The position numbers and the translations under genes were made by a program. 64,000 nt of DNA from Squalus acanthias (Eukaryota). The notes under the pieces are model-generated. The model saw only the letters and a list, made by a program, of their open reading frames with translations. It did not search any database and was not told where the DNA came from. Below, piece by piece: positions 63,131 through 64,000 of this stretch. Location: positions 100,564,001 to 100,628,000 of the forward strand of contig CM059428.1 in the NCBI GenBank assembly GCA_030390025.1, given 5' to 3'. Every line of letters begins with the position of its first letter. The first letter of the stretch is position 1.

Positions 63131-64000
63131 ACGCCACCCCAATTCCCCATTCAACATTAATCCCAAATTTTCCTTCCCTCTGTTATTGACCTTCACTGTA
63201 TCCTCTTGGCCACAATGCTGAAATAAAAGCCACCACAAAGCAAACGTTCCAATCCAACTTCATACATCTATCTATTCACTATTACATCAAAAAAATCAAC
63301 TAATCACCCTTGTGCATTCCATTAGTGCCTGTCTTGAGTGTTCCTTTGCCTATCCTAGTGCTCCTATGCAGTGCTACCCCAGTGGCTGCAGCATGGCTGG
63401 TGGAAGGCTGTTGACTTTCAGTGAGGGAGACTGCAGATGGCCTTGCAGGAGGACCTCGAGTAGCTCAGGGCCTAGTAGGCCCGGCTTCGGACTGTACCAC
63501 CTCGGCATGGGTGGCAACAATCTGGGCTGGCTGGCTGACAGGCAACAGCAAGGGCACTGGCGTAGTGGCAGTGCTGGGAGACGAATGCTGTCATCCTGAG
63601 AGAGGAAAGCAGGCTTGCCCTCCACGGAGCCACTGCCACTCCCCCGGGGCAGCGCCTCAGCAATCCTAGTAATCTGTTGGAGTACAGACTACTGGACTGC
63701 TGTGACACCCTGCAAGCTCCTTTCAACACTGGTAAACCCAGCTATGATGGCAGCAGTCTGAGCTTGCATGACTCCAGTCTGAGCTTCCATTGCAGCACTC
63801 AGACGTTGGGTGGCTTCTACTTGTGCTGCAATGGAAGTTGAGACTTCGGACAGCAGACGCGACATGATGGCTGGGTCCACAAGTGTGTTAATGGATCTGT
63901 CTACCTCTTCCACGCTGGAAAGGATGAGCTCCAAGCTCTGCCCAAAGCCCTGTGCAAGGCTGGAGCTGGACTCCTCCAGGCTCCTTAGACATTGCACTCA

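Larger units (their letters stand above)
60631..64000. mobile_element. PIF/Harbinger transposon (defective; runs past window end)
   Basis: Left TIR ggcctaaaaattc; DDE transposase fragments on +; convergent second ORF on - (63689-63997 and beyond). Confidence 0.8.

Noticed and set aside
62679-63238. Poly-Gly/Pro/Leu ORFs
   Set aside because: Alternative frames of the (GAG)n tract in a dead Harbinger transposase
1-64000. Remaining short ORFs in the six-frame track; tRNA/rRNA genes
   Set aside because: ORFs are antisense/off-frame to exons, repeat-derived or chance; only decayed SINE heads resemble tRNA

Overview
Vertebrate (not prokaryotic) genomic DNA, most likely a cartilaginous fish (inferred from the repeat families and collagen sequence). 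The minus strand carries the promoter and exons 1-48 of a fibrillar collagen alpha-2(I) gene (COL1A2; ATG at 48952, last exon in window 2370-2477; exon 49 onward, with the C-propeptide, lies beyond position 1). Every helix exon has the canonical 45/54/99/108/162-nt size and GT-AG ends. The LARP6-type 5' stem-loop, two 4-codon uORFs and a TATA/CCAAT/TCCTCC promoter are recognisable. Main surprise: there are two different, intact 54-nt Gly-X-Y exons at the exon-24 position (22745-22798 and 22652-22705), separated by only 39 nt containing an in-frame stop. This is the geometry of sterically enforced mutually exclusive splicing inside a type I collagen triple helix. Introns and the upstream region hold CR1-type and other LINEs, Deu-type SINEs, PIF/Harbinger relics and MITEs (several nested), and small Penelope-like insertions carrying minimal hammerhead-ribozyme motifs or long hairpins. 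All coordinates, translations and counts were read by eye, and comparisons to human sequences are from memory.
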